DNA of 64,000 nt, from NCBI RefSeq assembly GCF_006345805.1, contig NC_043003.1, positions 34,906,001 through 34,970,000 of the forward strand, read 5' to 3'. The notes below the pieces were generated by a model. It ran no database searches, had not been told where the DNA came from, and worked only from the letters and a program-made list of their open reading frames with translations. Origin of the DNA: Octopus sinensis (Eukaryota). Positions 1-11,648 of this stretch are shown piece by piece. The translations under genes were made by a program, and so were the position numbers. Each line of letters opens with the position of its first letter. Within the stretch, counting starts at the first letter, position 1.

Positions 1-198
1 TAATTTTTGTTTTTGTTTTTTTTTGACATTCACTAGTACAACACAAAATACAAAACCAAATATATGGCACACTAGGCATAACAACATCACGAACTTCCAG
101 CCTGTTGTCTCTTGAGGTCTCTGGGTGAGACTTGGAGCCAACTTGTACAAATATAAAGCAAAAGTCAAACATAGAATAATAATAAAAATAATAATAAC
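1..198 (+). mobile_element. Probable 3' UTR of a non-LTR retrotransposon ending in an (AAT)n tail, cut by the window edge
   Basis: Non-microsatellite sequence ...GAGGTCTCTGGGTGAGACTTGGAGCCAAC...CAAACATAG runs directly into AATAATAAT. It resembles an octopus LINE 3' end from recall only; no coding part lies in the window. Confidence 0.4.
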
Positions 199-416
199 AA
201 TGCTTTCTAAAACAGGCACAAGGCCTAAAATGTGGTGGGAGGGGACAACTCGATTACAGCGACTCTAGTGCTTCAGTGGTACTCACTTTATCGACCGGGA
301 AGAGATGAAAGACAGAGTCGGGTTCGGCGGAATTTAAACTCTGAACGTAGCAACAAGCGAAGTACCGCTAAGCGTTTCATCCAGAGTGCTAACGATTCTG
401 CCAGCTCACTGCCTTA
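199..416 (-). mobile_element. SINE family B (tRNA-like head, Nin/Deu-like core), tail type 2
   Basis: Reverse strand reads AAGGCAGTGAGCTGGCAGAATCGTTAGC...GAGTTTAAATTCCGCCG...TTTCATC...GTCGATAAAGTGAGTACCA...AGGCCTTGTGCC. Homologous to copies at 1831, 33776 and 38928. Confidence 0.85.
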
Positions 417-420
417 CTAA

Positions 421-815
421 TCTTTATATATAAAAGTGAGGTTGTGTGCTGTCTGTCTCCTACGATTTAGATTCCTAACTACTCCCACATTTTGCGGTGC
501 AGTTTAACCAAAACCGGGTATCTTATAGTCGTGATTCATATCGAGCCCTTCTGGGTATTAGCGCGCGTCTACGATGAGTCTACGATTTAAAAAAAATTAC
601 CATCAATTTTTCCCATTTTTAATGCATTTTTGGTATATATAAGGGAAGTTATTCTCTAAAAATTTATTATTAAATCTCAGAACGTAAAAAGCTACAGTAA
701 CACTCCCCCCTTTGTGGTTAGCCATATTGAGATGGCTATTATACTTTACATCTCTAAAAATGCTTATATAGTTATTTCCCTTACAAACCCGAGCAACGCC
801 GGGCGATACTGCTCG
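421..815 (+). mobile_element. Non-autonomous Helitron (~395 bp)
   Basis: Starts TC (TCTTTATATATAAAA) after A420. Subterminal hairpin CCCGAGCAACGCCGGG at 788-803, then CTCG at 812-815 (CTRR variant) before T816. Consistent with an A|T insertion without TSD. Confidence 0.75.
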
Positions 816-840
816 TATTATTAATAATGATAATAATGAC

Positions 841-1731
841 TTCTTTATTAACCACAAGGGTTTACATTCAGGAAAACATTATGGACAGTACAGGTCAACA
901 CAAAGAGCGTGTGTGTGTGTGTGTGTGTGTGTGTGAGTGAGTATGTGTGTTGTAGTGAGGGTTTTGCATGTAAATAAGACTAACAAAATTATAGAAAAAT
1001 AAATCAACAATGTGTAATCCTTTATAGGGAGGAGATGTTCGAGGGCTGCTCATGAAAAAGTTCATAATAAGCCATGTGTACCCAGACTTTTGGGGCAGGA
1101 GCTGTTTTTTCTTTATTTTTTTTTCCAACTACAGACGTGTGTTCAGGGCGGGTCCGTTCACTTGCACCATTCCTGCCACTTTTATTCATCATTCAGCAAT
1201 CTTGCTAGGAGACAACACTTCCCTCTCTACCCTTATTTTCCTTTTCAGGGGAAACTTGAAGAAGTTGATCAAGGATTGGCCAATGAGAAAAGTGTTTAAC
1301 TTTAGGCTCTTCAATCTCGTCCACCATACAACCTCTTTCACCATATGAACACAGCTTTTCCTTTCCGGTTAGGGGCGATCTTCACGATGGATTCAGCTGA
1401 TAGCCGGATCCGTCCCACGCGCGTCAGCAGATGTTCGACATAAACCCATAGGTCAGCAATGCTTGGACACTGGACGAGCGTATGCAGGACCGTCTCGTCG
1501 TCCTGCGCGCATCTGAGACATGTTCGGCTGACGGCACTTCCCGGTCTCTAAAGTTAATCTCGAACAGGTAAAGCTTCCCTGTAGCAGTACCAGGCCAAAA
1601 ACTTTTGGAAATAATCCATCGGTGTCGAGCCGAAAGTTCACTGGAAAAGAGCGAGCAACTGATCTTTTTAGACGCCCAAGATCTCCCGAAGAACGTCGTC
1701 GCACATTTGCTCCACCAATCCTCCATAAAGA
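841..1731 (-). mobile_element. 5'-truncated L1/Tx1-clade LINE fossil (ORF2 C-terminal zinc knuckle plus 3' UTR)
   Basis: Manual minus-strand translation gives MDYFQKFLAWYCYREALPVRD*L*RPGSAVSRTCLRCAQDDETVLHTLVQCPSIADLWVYVEHLL, the CxxC...ETxxH...C motif of L1/Tx1 ORF2. It carries stops and frameshifts. The 3' end reads CCCTTGTGGTTAATAAAGAA. Confidence 0.8.
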
Positions 1732-1760
1732 GCTAACGATTCTGCCAGCTCACCGCCTTC

Positions 1761-1797
1761 AATAATAATAATAATATAATAATAATAATAATAATAA

Positions 1798-1830
<33 letters not shown>
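1761..1830. repeat. (AAT)n microsatellite
   Basis: Direct reading. Confidence 0.95.
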
Positions 1831-2061
1831 TTATTTATTTACCGCAGGCAGCTAAACATAGAGGGGACAAACAAGGAGAGACAAAGGGATTAAGTCGATT
1901 ACATCGATCCCAGTGCGTAACTGGTACTTATTTAATCGACCCCGAAAGGATGAAAGGCAAAGTCGACCTCGGTGGAATTTGAACTTAGAACGAAATACTG
2001 GCAGACGAAATACCGCTAAGCATTTCTCCCGGCATGGTAACGTTTCTGCCAGCTCATTGCC
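1831..2061 (-). mobile_element. SINE family B, tail type 1
   Basis: Reverse complement matches 33776-33995: head GAGCTGGCAGAAACG, B-box-like GTTCAAATTCC, core GTCGACTTTGCCTTTCATCCTTTCGGGGTCGA, tail TTGTTTGTCCCCTCT. Confidence 0.9.
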
Positions 2062-2086
2062 AATAATAAAAAATAATAATAATAAT

Positions 2087-2285
2087 AATCGTTAGATCAT
2101 CAGAGAAATGTTTTGCGTCATTACTTTTTGCGCTTTAAAATCTGAGCTGGAAATTCACCCGGGTCGACTTTGCGTTTCATCCTTCCAGTTTCGATAACAT
2201 AAAGTGCTTGTCAAGAATTTAGATCGTTGTTATCGACTAGCCTCATCCCACAAAAAATGCCTGGCCTTGTGCTACAATTTAAAAC
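2087..2285 (+). mobile_element. Degenerate SINE family B, tail type 2
   Basis: AATCGTTAG...GGGTCGACTTTGCGTTTCATCCTT...GGCCTTGTGC. Confidence 0.75.
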
Positions 2286-2291
2286 TAATTT

Positions 2292-2480
2292 AGCCGGTCA
2301 GAATCGCTGGCAACTTTTCTCGCAGTCGCTTTACCTTCTGCGTTCAAATACTACCCAGGACGTCTTTGTCTTTCATTCTCTAAGTGCTGTCTAAATAAAG
2401 TACCAGTCTAATACTGTGGATTAATGAGATCGACTAACTGCGTTCCCTAAAACGACAGGCCTTGTGTCAATATTTGCAGC
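2292..2480 (+). mobile_element. Highly degenerate SINE family B, tail type 2
   Basis: CAGAATCG...GTTCAAAT...CTTTGTCTTTCATTCT...AAAGTACCAG...CAGGCCTTGTG. Confidence 0.65.
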
Positions 2481-3760
2481 ATGGAAACTTGTAAGGAAAA
2501 ACTTTTCTCTCTCCCCTGATTTATTTAGCATTCTCTACTTCTCACACGCACACACACTTTCCCTCCCACACTCTCTCGCGCACGCACACTGTCTCCTTCC
2601 TTCCGTAGCTCCCTCCCACCTCTCTCTCTCTCTCTTTCACTTTCTCCATCAACACTCCTTTCATTTCTGCTAGTTCGTTGTTTCTGTTTTACTAGTGGAA
2701 TGGAAAGATTTGTTTTCACGAAATTTTTGTTTCATTAAATTGCAATAATTGAATCGTGTGTCAATTTCTTTGCGTACACATACGCACACACACACACATA
2801 TGCCTGCGTGTGTTTGTGTTTTGTGTGTGTGTAAATGCTCATGTGTATGCATGAATGCATATATGTTTGTGTATATGTGTGCGTGTGAGTGCGAGTGCGT
2901 GTGAGTACTTGAGCGTGCGACCGTGTGCATATACTTCCTGTCGTGTGCATAACAAAGACAAGTGATGAAACTCTATGATGATGGATAGCCCAGTCCAGCT
3001 GCAGTAAATATTTTGTTAACTTTCCATTCGACTCATTTCGATTAGTCGTGTTTGGCTTTTGACATCATCAGTTTATAAATTGATGTCAAAAGTCAAAACA
3101 CCGATACCACTTCCGCGCACCGGAACCACGGATGGACGCTTTAGTGAAGATTTCATGCGAAATGTTTGTAAGCATTTTATGTCAAACAAATTTCATGTGG
3201 GCCACCAGAACAATTAAAGCTAAATAAACAGAAGATACTTTTCTCTGAGCTTAAAGAGAAATTTAAACCTGATATACATTGATTTGATCTCAGGAATATA
3301 TTTTGCAAAGCATTTTGCCTGATTTGTAATGGCGCAGTTAAATTATTCAATCTCGCAAACTATTGTGAAGTCATTTACAGTCAACTGCGATTTTTATGCA
3401 TTTCTAGACACAATTAGTGACACTTGTGAAATAAGAGAAAAGTTTGATGGGTACATATTAATTCTAATATATTTCCTTAAACTCAGTTTCGAGAAAGTAA
3501 AAGCAACGTAATCTTGTGACCACTCTATCTAAAGAAAGGGTCTTGGACCGTATATTTGTAGTGAACCTATTTGAATTACATATTTTGAGTGTACATTTTA
3601 GTATATTGAATAATGAAGGAAATTGGGCGCCTTGTCTACGAAGAGACCAACAAAGTGAAGCGGTTCATTAGGAAACTCCATCCACACGTTCTTCTGCACA
3701 TATGTAGCATTTAAAGAATGTTTATAGCTGTACATATTTTCCCCACCTAGAAGTATTCTA

Positions 3761-4102
3761 GTGTGGGCAAACAAAAATATGAGATACTGCCTAGTGTTTT
3801 TTTTTATTTTGATAAGCCTGGTACTTATTCCATCAGTTTCTTCTTGAGAAACCAGCGAACCGCGAAGTCATTTTATCGATCATGTTTGGCGAAATACTAA
3901 TGCATTTTATCGATCTAGTTAAGCGAAACGCTACGTCATTTTATCGATATCGTTTGTCGAACTACTATGTCAGTCTATTCTATTAGTTTCTTCGTGTGAA
4001 ACCAGTAAGTTATGGGGATGTAAATAAACGAACAGCAGTTGTGAAGTAGTGATGAGGGTGAAACACAGAAACAAAGTCACACACATAGACTTAAATATAT
4101 AC

Positions 4103-4153
<51 letters not shown>

Positions 4154-4187
4154 GATTGATTTATTTAAGTTTCTGTCTACGAAATCC

Positions 4188-4221
<34 letters not shown>

Positions 4222-4228
4222 TTATATG

Positions 4229-4272
<44 letters not shown>

Positions 4273-4636
4273 TAAATTGTGTGGGCAAACAAGTATATGA
4301 GATACTGCCTAGTGTTTTTTTTTATTTTGAGAAGCCTGGTACTTATTCTATCAGTTTCTTCTTGTGAAGCCAGTAAGTTATGGGGGTGTAAATAAACGAA
4401 CACCAGTTGTGAGGCAGTGATGAGGGAGAAACACAAAGACACACACACACAGACTAACATATATACATATATATACGATTGATTTCTTTCAGTTTCTGTC
4501 CACAAAATCCACTGACAAATCTTTGATTTGTCTGAGGCTATAGCAGAAGACACATACCAAGTCACCACTCAGTGGGACTGAACCCAGTACCATGTGTTTT
4601 GGAACGAAGTTTGTTACCACACAGCCACACCTGCAC
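3761..4636 (-). mobile_element. SINE family A, with a local ~520-bp tandem duplication of its 3' part and flank
   Basis: GTGTGGGCAAACAA..TATGAGATACTGCCTAGTG occurs at ~3761 and ~4279, each followed by the same SINE-A segment. The SINE head (reverse complement of GTGCAGGTGTGGCTGTGTGGTAA) ends at 4636. Confidence 0.8.
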
Positions 4637-4831
4637 CTATGTATGTGTGTATGTGTGTGCGTGTATGTATGTATGGGTGAATATTTATATGCATGTATAT
4701 ATGTGTATATATTATATGTACATCTACATATATATACATCTACACATATACATGTATACATATACATCTATATGTATCGAAATAAATGTATACATATACA
4801 GCTATACACACATACACACACACATACATAA

Positions 4832-4887
4832 GTGCAGGTGTGGCTGTGTGGTAACAAATTTCGTTCCAAAACACATGGTCCTGGGTT
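4832..4887 (+). mobile_element. SINE family A head only (inverted local duplicate)
   Basis: GTGCAGGTGTGGCTGTGTGGTAACAAATTTCGTTCCAAAACACATGGTCCTGGGTT is the near-identical reverse complement of 4581-4636. Confidence 0.85.
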
Positions 4888-4991
4888 TAAACATAAATTT
4901 AAAATAATAAGGGTGAGAAATTGAATATTAATTTGATTAATATGAACTGAAAACCAGTGGTGTAGCATATAAGACCATAGCGGATCTTCTT

Positions 4992-5328
4992 CTAGCAAAA
5001 TGGATGTCCACTGTTATGGTTCATCCCTCTTATAATAATAGTTTGACTTAATAGTTTCAGTATTAAAGTGAAAATATCTGACATTACAATAGAGAGATGT
5101 TTTTGTTTCACTTTTAACACGTAATACTGAAATAGTGGAGAAGATATGATATTGCTGTGAGCTCGCCCTAGGCAAGAAGTTAGAATTATTTTTGCCCATG
5201 AAACTACATGGACCCTAGGTAAGGCATGTGTAAAATTTAAATTAAATTGCTTATGTAGTTCTCAAGTTTTAGGGATTCACGCAGACAGACAGACAGTCAG
5301 CCACACATTCTCAGTTTTATATATATAT
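4992..5328 (-). mobile_element. Non-autonomous Helitron-like element (~335 bp)
   Basis: Minus strand begins TATATATAAAACTGAGAATGTGTGGCTGACTGTCTG, similar to the 5' end of the 421 element. It ends with the imperfect hairpin GATGAACCA..TGGACATC and then CTAG at 4992-4995. Confidence 0.6.
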
Positions 5329-6084
5329 ATATACATATACATGCATACATATATACATACGCATACGCACTGAAAAACCCGTTGAGATATATATTTGTAT
5401 ATTCGTGTGTTCGCGTGTGGAAGTGAATGTACCAACATGCGTGTGTGAGTTTTCGTTTACATGAAGATATACCGTTGTCTTGGTCTAGCACAAGATCTAT
5501 GAAATAGTGTAAAAGACAATAATACATTTCTTGGTGTTGGCAGTGAATAATAAGCATTCTCACTGAGATGACATTTTCCATAATGTCTTTAGCGACACCT
5601 GCCGATAGAATTCTTGCTTCTGACGCCAATAGGACATTAGATGAGTGATTCTAAAGGGAAGAAGTCTTTGCAACTTCATCAAATATTTAGGAAGAAGACC
5701 TAATTAACAGTATTTACCACAGAGTAATGGCAGATAAATCACTGACTTAACGCCTTTATTTACGTTCTCCTCGCCTATCAACACAGCTATTATCAACCTT
5801 ACAACTGATATCATTATCACCATCAAAATTTTCAGCAAAACAACGACCGCTACTTTCTCCAGCCTATTACAACAACACATAACAGACTATTCCACACTTT
5901 CACAATTCAACGAGAGGCATTGAGACATATTTAATGTAATTATATATTCATATACATTTATATTTATTTGTAATTGTATGTGCTCATATGTTTGAACGTA
6001 TATGCCCAATTACATCTATTTATGAATACATATAATGTATGTGGCAGGGATCATAAACAGGCACACACGCGACCATATGAATAT

Positions 6085-6107
6085 AATATATAGAGATGTT
6101 ATATATA

Positions 6108-6172
<65 letters not shown>

Positions 6173-6360
6173 TATGTATATTATTATACATATATATATG
6201 TATATAGTGTATATATATTAGTATATATATATACATATATATATAGATATATATTTACATACATATATATTATATATATATACATACATTATATAATATA
6301 TATATCTAATATATATATATACACTCACACACACACATATATAATATGTATATGTATATA

Positions 6361-6393
<33 letters not shown>

Positions 6394-6506
6394 CATTATA
6401 TTATATATGTATATAGATGTATATATATACGTATATATATATACATATATATATATGCATACATATATATATATATTATATATATATTATATATTATATA
6501 TACACT

Positions 6507-6544
<38 letters not shown>
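6085..6544. repeat. Long interrupted (TA)n/(CA)n microsatellite
   Basis: Direct reading; source of the spurious 231-aa Y/I ORF. Confidence 0.95.
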
Positions 6545-6545
<1 letters not shown>

Positions 6546-6832
6546 GGAGGCGCAATGGCAGCGGACTCGCGGTCGTAGGATCGCGGTTTCGATTCCCAGA
6601 CCGAGCGTTGTGTGTGTTTATTGAGCGAAAACACCTAAAAAGCTCCACGAGGCTCCGGCAGGAGGAGATGATCCCTGCTGTACTCTTTCACCACTCTTTC
6701 TCTCTTTCTTCTGTTGGCCTGCTCACTTAGCCAGCGGGGTGGCGTCATTCGAAGGCTAAAACAATGCGAACGCATGGTGACCTGCGATGTGTCGCAACAT
6801 CTGATGGTCTGGTCGGTCACGTGGTCACGTGA
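6545..6832 (+). mobile_element. SINE family C (tRNA-derived, possibly octopus OR-type), short-tail variant with A-box deleted
   Basis: First ~170 bp match 45328-45520. B-box GGTTTCGATTCCC is present. The distinct 3' end finishes GGTCACGTGGTCACGTGA. Confidence 0.85.
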
Positions 6833-6937
6833 TATATATATATATATATACATATATGTATATACACTTACAAAAAGACACGCACACAACACACACGCAC
6901 TAGCATAACAAGCAAGCATTGATACTTAGATAATCAT

Positions 6938-7090
6938 CGGCATTACTGTGTAGTTAAAAAGTTTCTTTGTCTAATGCTCGTTCTGATGCTGGCTTCTCAT
7001 GATAGTGTCTTCTACTAAAGGTTCCCCTTGACCCATAGCATTTGGTTTGAATTTATTGGATGAGGACTGTAAGTTCTTTGTTTGTTTGTA
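6938..7090 (+). mobile_element. Very degenerate SINE family A 5' part
   Basis: CTGTGTAGTTAAAAAGTTT...AGTGTCTTCTACTA... aligns loosely with the 14524 copy. Confidence 0.45.
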
Positions 7091-7820
7091 TGTATGTATA
7101 TATGTATGAAAGTACGTATGTATGCTTAGATGTAGTTATGTATGCTCGTACATATGTATATTTATGTATGTACGCATGTTTGTATGTATGTCATTGTATG
7201 TGTACCTTTATGTATGTAAGTATGTATGTATGTATGTATGTATGTAGTATGTATGTATGTATGTAGTATGTATGTACGAATGCATGCATGTATTTATGCG
7301 TGAGTGCATTTATATATGTATATGGCACAAATCGAACGAGGGTTATACGAAAGGGAGTGATGGACAATGTAAAGGTTACAAAAGGTACGCAAAATTTTGA
7401 ATAGTTATCGAAAAAATCTAAACATTCACACACAGAAAAACGTGAACAATTTCTGCCCTGGGAATAGTATGCCGAAAGAAGAAAGAAGAAAAAGAAAAAG
7501 TCTGAATTTTCGGATAAACCCGTACATAAAAAATGGAATAAGAAACATGATTAAAGAGCGTATACATCCTTTAGCTATATGCTATAGAATCTATACGCAT
7601 GCATACACACGCTGATACACGCATGCACTTACAGATACACGCACTTACCCTCATATAGGTGTATGTGTGTATATACAGCTAATGTAAAAAAAATATTTTT
7701 ACGTAGTAGAAACGTTATCTGATATAGGACTCAGTAAGCTGGGCATCGTAGATACATGTGTCTATAATATTAAATTCTAGCAATGTATTGAGAGTTTAAA
7801 AGTCCAGCTCAGCTTCACCT

Positions 7821-7893
7821 ACGAATAACCTGAACATTTTTAGTGTAATAAACGGACGAATAACCTGAACATTTTTAGTGTAATAAACGGACG
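7821..7893. repeat. Perfect 35-bp tandem duplication
   Basis: ACGAATAACCTGAACATTTTTAGTGTAATAAACGG at 7821-7855 and 7856-7890, followed by ACG. Confidence 0.95.
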
Positions 7894-9546
7894 CATATAT
7901 ACATATATATATATGAAGCGCAATTCCTACCTTCAAATAGTATTATCATTTATCTCGCACATTCCCGAAAGAAGACTATTAAATATACCGAAGCAAGTTT
8001 ACTAACCGGGTGGTTGGTTTTGCTTATACCTAATGAAGAAGCAAGTTTCCGTTGCGAGGTAAGACTGGATGCTTCACCACGTAAACAATAAAATACAAAG
8101 TCTTTATGATCATCTCTATGGTAAGTTTCTGCATCCCAATATTTCTTTCACGACGTTTGTGCATAAACACTAATATGTTTTCATGAAACAGTTTCAAATA
8201 TTATTGTAGGTTCATATTACAATTTGCATTTATGAAAGTAAAATGAATGAGTCCTCGTTTATTTTTGTCAGTATCAAGCTTTTACAGAGAGTTTCTATAA
8301 AAATAAAGCGAAAATGAAATAGTACATGCACAAATTCTGGAATAGTAACATATATATTACAGAGGTCTGTTTCTATGAGTACGGTTCTTCTCACATTTGT
8401 TTAGGTCTATGAGCTAATGTATCAAACGAATATCTTTTTCATTTGTGAGGGAATGAAGCCTGCTACAGTAGGTTGGGTTTGACTGTGTTAAAGTATTCTG
8501 CTTGTATTCTGTTTTAATGTGTGTTAAATTATCCTGCCTTTTTTTGTTTCTAATTATTCTCTGTTATAACCGAGAACTCCTTAATCACCAACGGATAGCA
8601 TATAAGAAACGAGCTGAAATATCAGTTGTCATTTTTCCGCCATTAGTATTGTACCCCTTTTTTATGGTTAAACACTAGACAATTAATTCCACCTACACGT
8701 AAGTAATTACCACATCTACATATATTACTGATATTGCGATAATACTGTAAAACTAACGAAACATTTGATTCTTGTACTCAAAGTTTTTGAATAGATTTGC
8801 GGAAGTACAATATTTAGCTATTTTCAAGCTCAACATACTTTCAAAAAAATTTTAGGCCCCTTCTATATAAAAATTGAAATATCATTTCCATAGATATGAT
8901 TTCATATCCTTCATGATTGTGTCACCACGTGGGACGTGAAATGCTAGAGTGGATCATAAACAATAAGCTACGAGATCAAATCACATTTCATTTATGAGTA
9001 AAATACTAACTTCTGTAACTCAGCTGAATCATGTGCATAGTGTGATAATGTCTAGTATTAAGAAATTCCTACGTAGTATCCACTGGTATATGTTCTTAAT
9101 CTTATCGTTTTAAAAATGTTTGTAGAAATGAGACTGGCAGGCACTTGTATCCAATTACTACAAAAACATTCAATTTTCAAGTGTTAAAGATTAGCTGTGC
9201 TTTTATGGACGCTGTTATTTCTTATGTCTATCACTATATATAGCAAGATTAGCCAAAAATTGTGATGTTAATGAGGAGAGATATACGTTTTGATTTTAGA
9301 AGAAAATAAGAGTTTATGGGAATTATAATAGTATATTTCTATATAAATAATTAATGTACGCCGACTGCCAACGAGTAGATTTCATACTAGCAGGTGGAGT
9401 ACACTAAATTTTCTCTAATTTACACGAAGTAAAGTAACAGGCATTTCTAACTATAGACAAAAATGCCAATATATCACGATATATTTTTCTTTTTCTAGGA
9501 CAAACGAACTGAGTTTCCAATTGAAGAACATCGACAAGAATCAAAT

Positions 9547-9793
<247 letters not shown>

Positions 9794-11552
9794 AAATATC
9801 GAGGCTTCAACGACACGAATGAAAATAAGATAACAGAGGTTAAGTTTTTTTTTTCTAATCATTAAGGTTGGAAACAAGAAGCCATATTAAAGAGAGAAAC
9901 AATTTGGTAAGCAGAAATGGTAACTATGCTTGTGAACGTCTGTTTGTGTGTATATGTGTTTGCGGAGGTGTATTTGTGTGTTTGTGTACGTGCATATGTT
10001 TATATATCTGTGCGTGCATGCGCTTGTGTGTGTATGTGTGTGTTTGTGTGTGTGATTCAGAAAAAGTAAACAAAAATAGGCAAAGCAAGGTTGATGGTAA
10101 CATAGATGCTGAAGATGTGGAATATCGTACGAGGCAATCGGTGGCGTCGATCGGTAGCTGTTTTGTCGGCAATATAGCGTTGGTTTAGGAATTAAATAGA
10201 CGTAAGTATTAGAAGCGAAGCATATCTGTATACACTTTCTGCGTCAATAAATAGAGCAGAGCTGATGCGCTGGTGACTGATTACAAAAGTGGGGGTGAAA
10301 CCTCCCTTTATAAATGCTAATCTTAATATAAAGAAAACATATAGAAAGTGTAGTATGGCTAGCAATGGCAAATAAAACTACAAAAAAAAAAAAAAAGAAT
10401 CGAACAAAATGAGTTCTAAATATTCTTTAATTTTGATGACAGTCGAAACTGCACTGGATAGTGAATGCATTGTTTATATACTGAATTCATGGTGACCGCC
10501 TGGTCGTATTCAATATAATTATAGCTACCGCATATGCGTATATACGTGTGCGTTTATTATATACATGAACGACTATAAATATGTAAGTTGTGTTTGAATG
10601 TGCAAGATTATATCTTTGTGAGTGCTTATGTGAAGTGTGTATATACACGCAGGGCGATGCAACGGCACTATAAAATAATAAAGTTTACTTTTGTGTGTAT
10701 GTATATACTAGAAATTGATGACTGTGGTATGCCTGAGTATGTCCACATCATAGAATAATTTGTTATGTAGGATTGTATTGGTAAATATATGTTTTTACAC
10801 ACGTCTGTTTGCATTTCAGTGTAGGTTTTGGTGCGATTAAATGTTTTTAGGCGTTTAATCGGCAATGTGAAAATGTGTGCGCGTTGAGAGGGTGAATATA
10901 TGCGTATAACTTACCTTTGTATTTCACACGCAAATATCCACTCTTTCACATAAAGGGAGCACTCGCACACACTCGCACAAAATAGATATGTTTGTGTTTG
11001 CGCGCTCAAATAGATGCGTACACATGTAAGTTTCACGCAAAAACATATACACATATACACACAAACATGCCTCCATACACGCACAGAAACATGCGAACAC
11101 GTGCTTGTGTCTAGGTGTGATTGTACGTGTGTTTGTATATATATTATCATGCTGTGTTCGATAGTATGTGTTTGCTTGTATGTATACGTGTATGTATGTA
11201 TGTGTGAGAGAATGAGACGTAGTGCGCGCGCGTGTATGTATAAAGAATTAGGCGTCATATCTTGTCGTTCTTGGAGATGTGAGATGTGAAAGAAAAGATG
11301 TTGCGGGTGGGATAGAGTGTGGAGATAATTCAAAGATTCTAATCGAAGTAGGTGTGGTATGAGGAGGCAAAAATAATTGTGTACTGCTAAGCGTGTATAT
11401 ACATACAAACATACATAACACAGACACATATGTACATATATGTGTGTATGTGTATGTATGCATATATATATATATTATATATATATATATATAGATATAG
11501 ATATATATGTGTCTGTGTGTATGATTGTGTGTATGCATATATATACATATAC

Positions 11553-11584
<32 letters not shown>

Positions 11585-11592
11585 AATATGTA

Positions 11593-11648
<56 letters not shown>

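Noticed and set aside
3856-3990. CRISPR-like repeat/spacer pattern
   Set aside because: The core is only 12 nt, the 'spacers' are related to each other and to SINE-A, the context is eukaryotic, and there are no cas genes.
6035-6730. Long ORFs rich in YI, CV, HT, MYVC, YLSI or homopolymers (also 13210, 26858, 29314, 30842, 46108, 63185 and others)
   Set aside because: They are translations of stop-free microsatellites and carry no protein signal.
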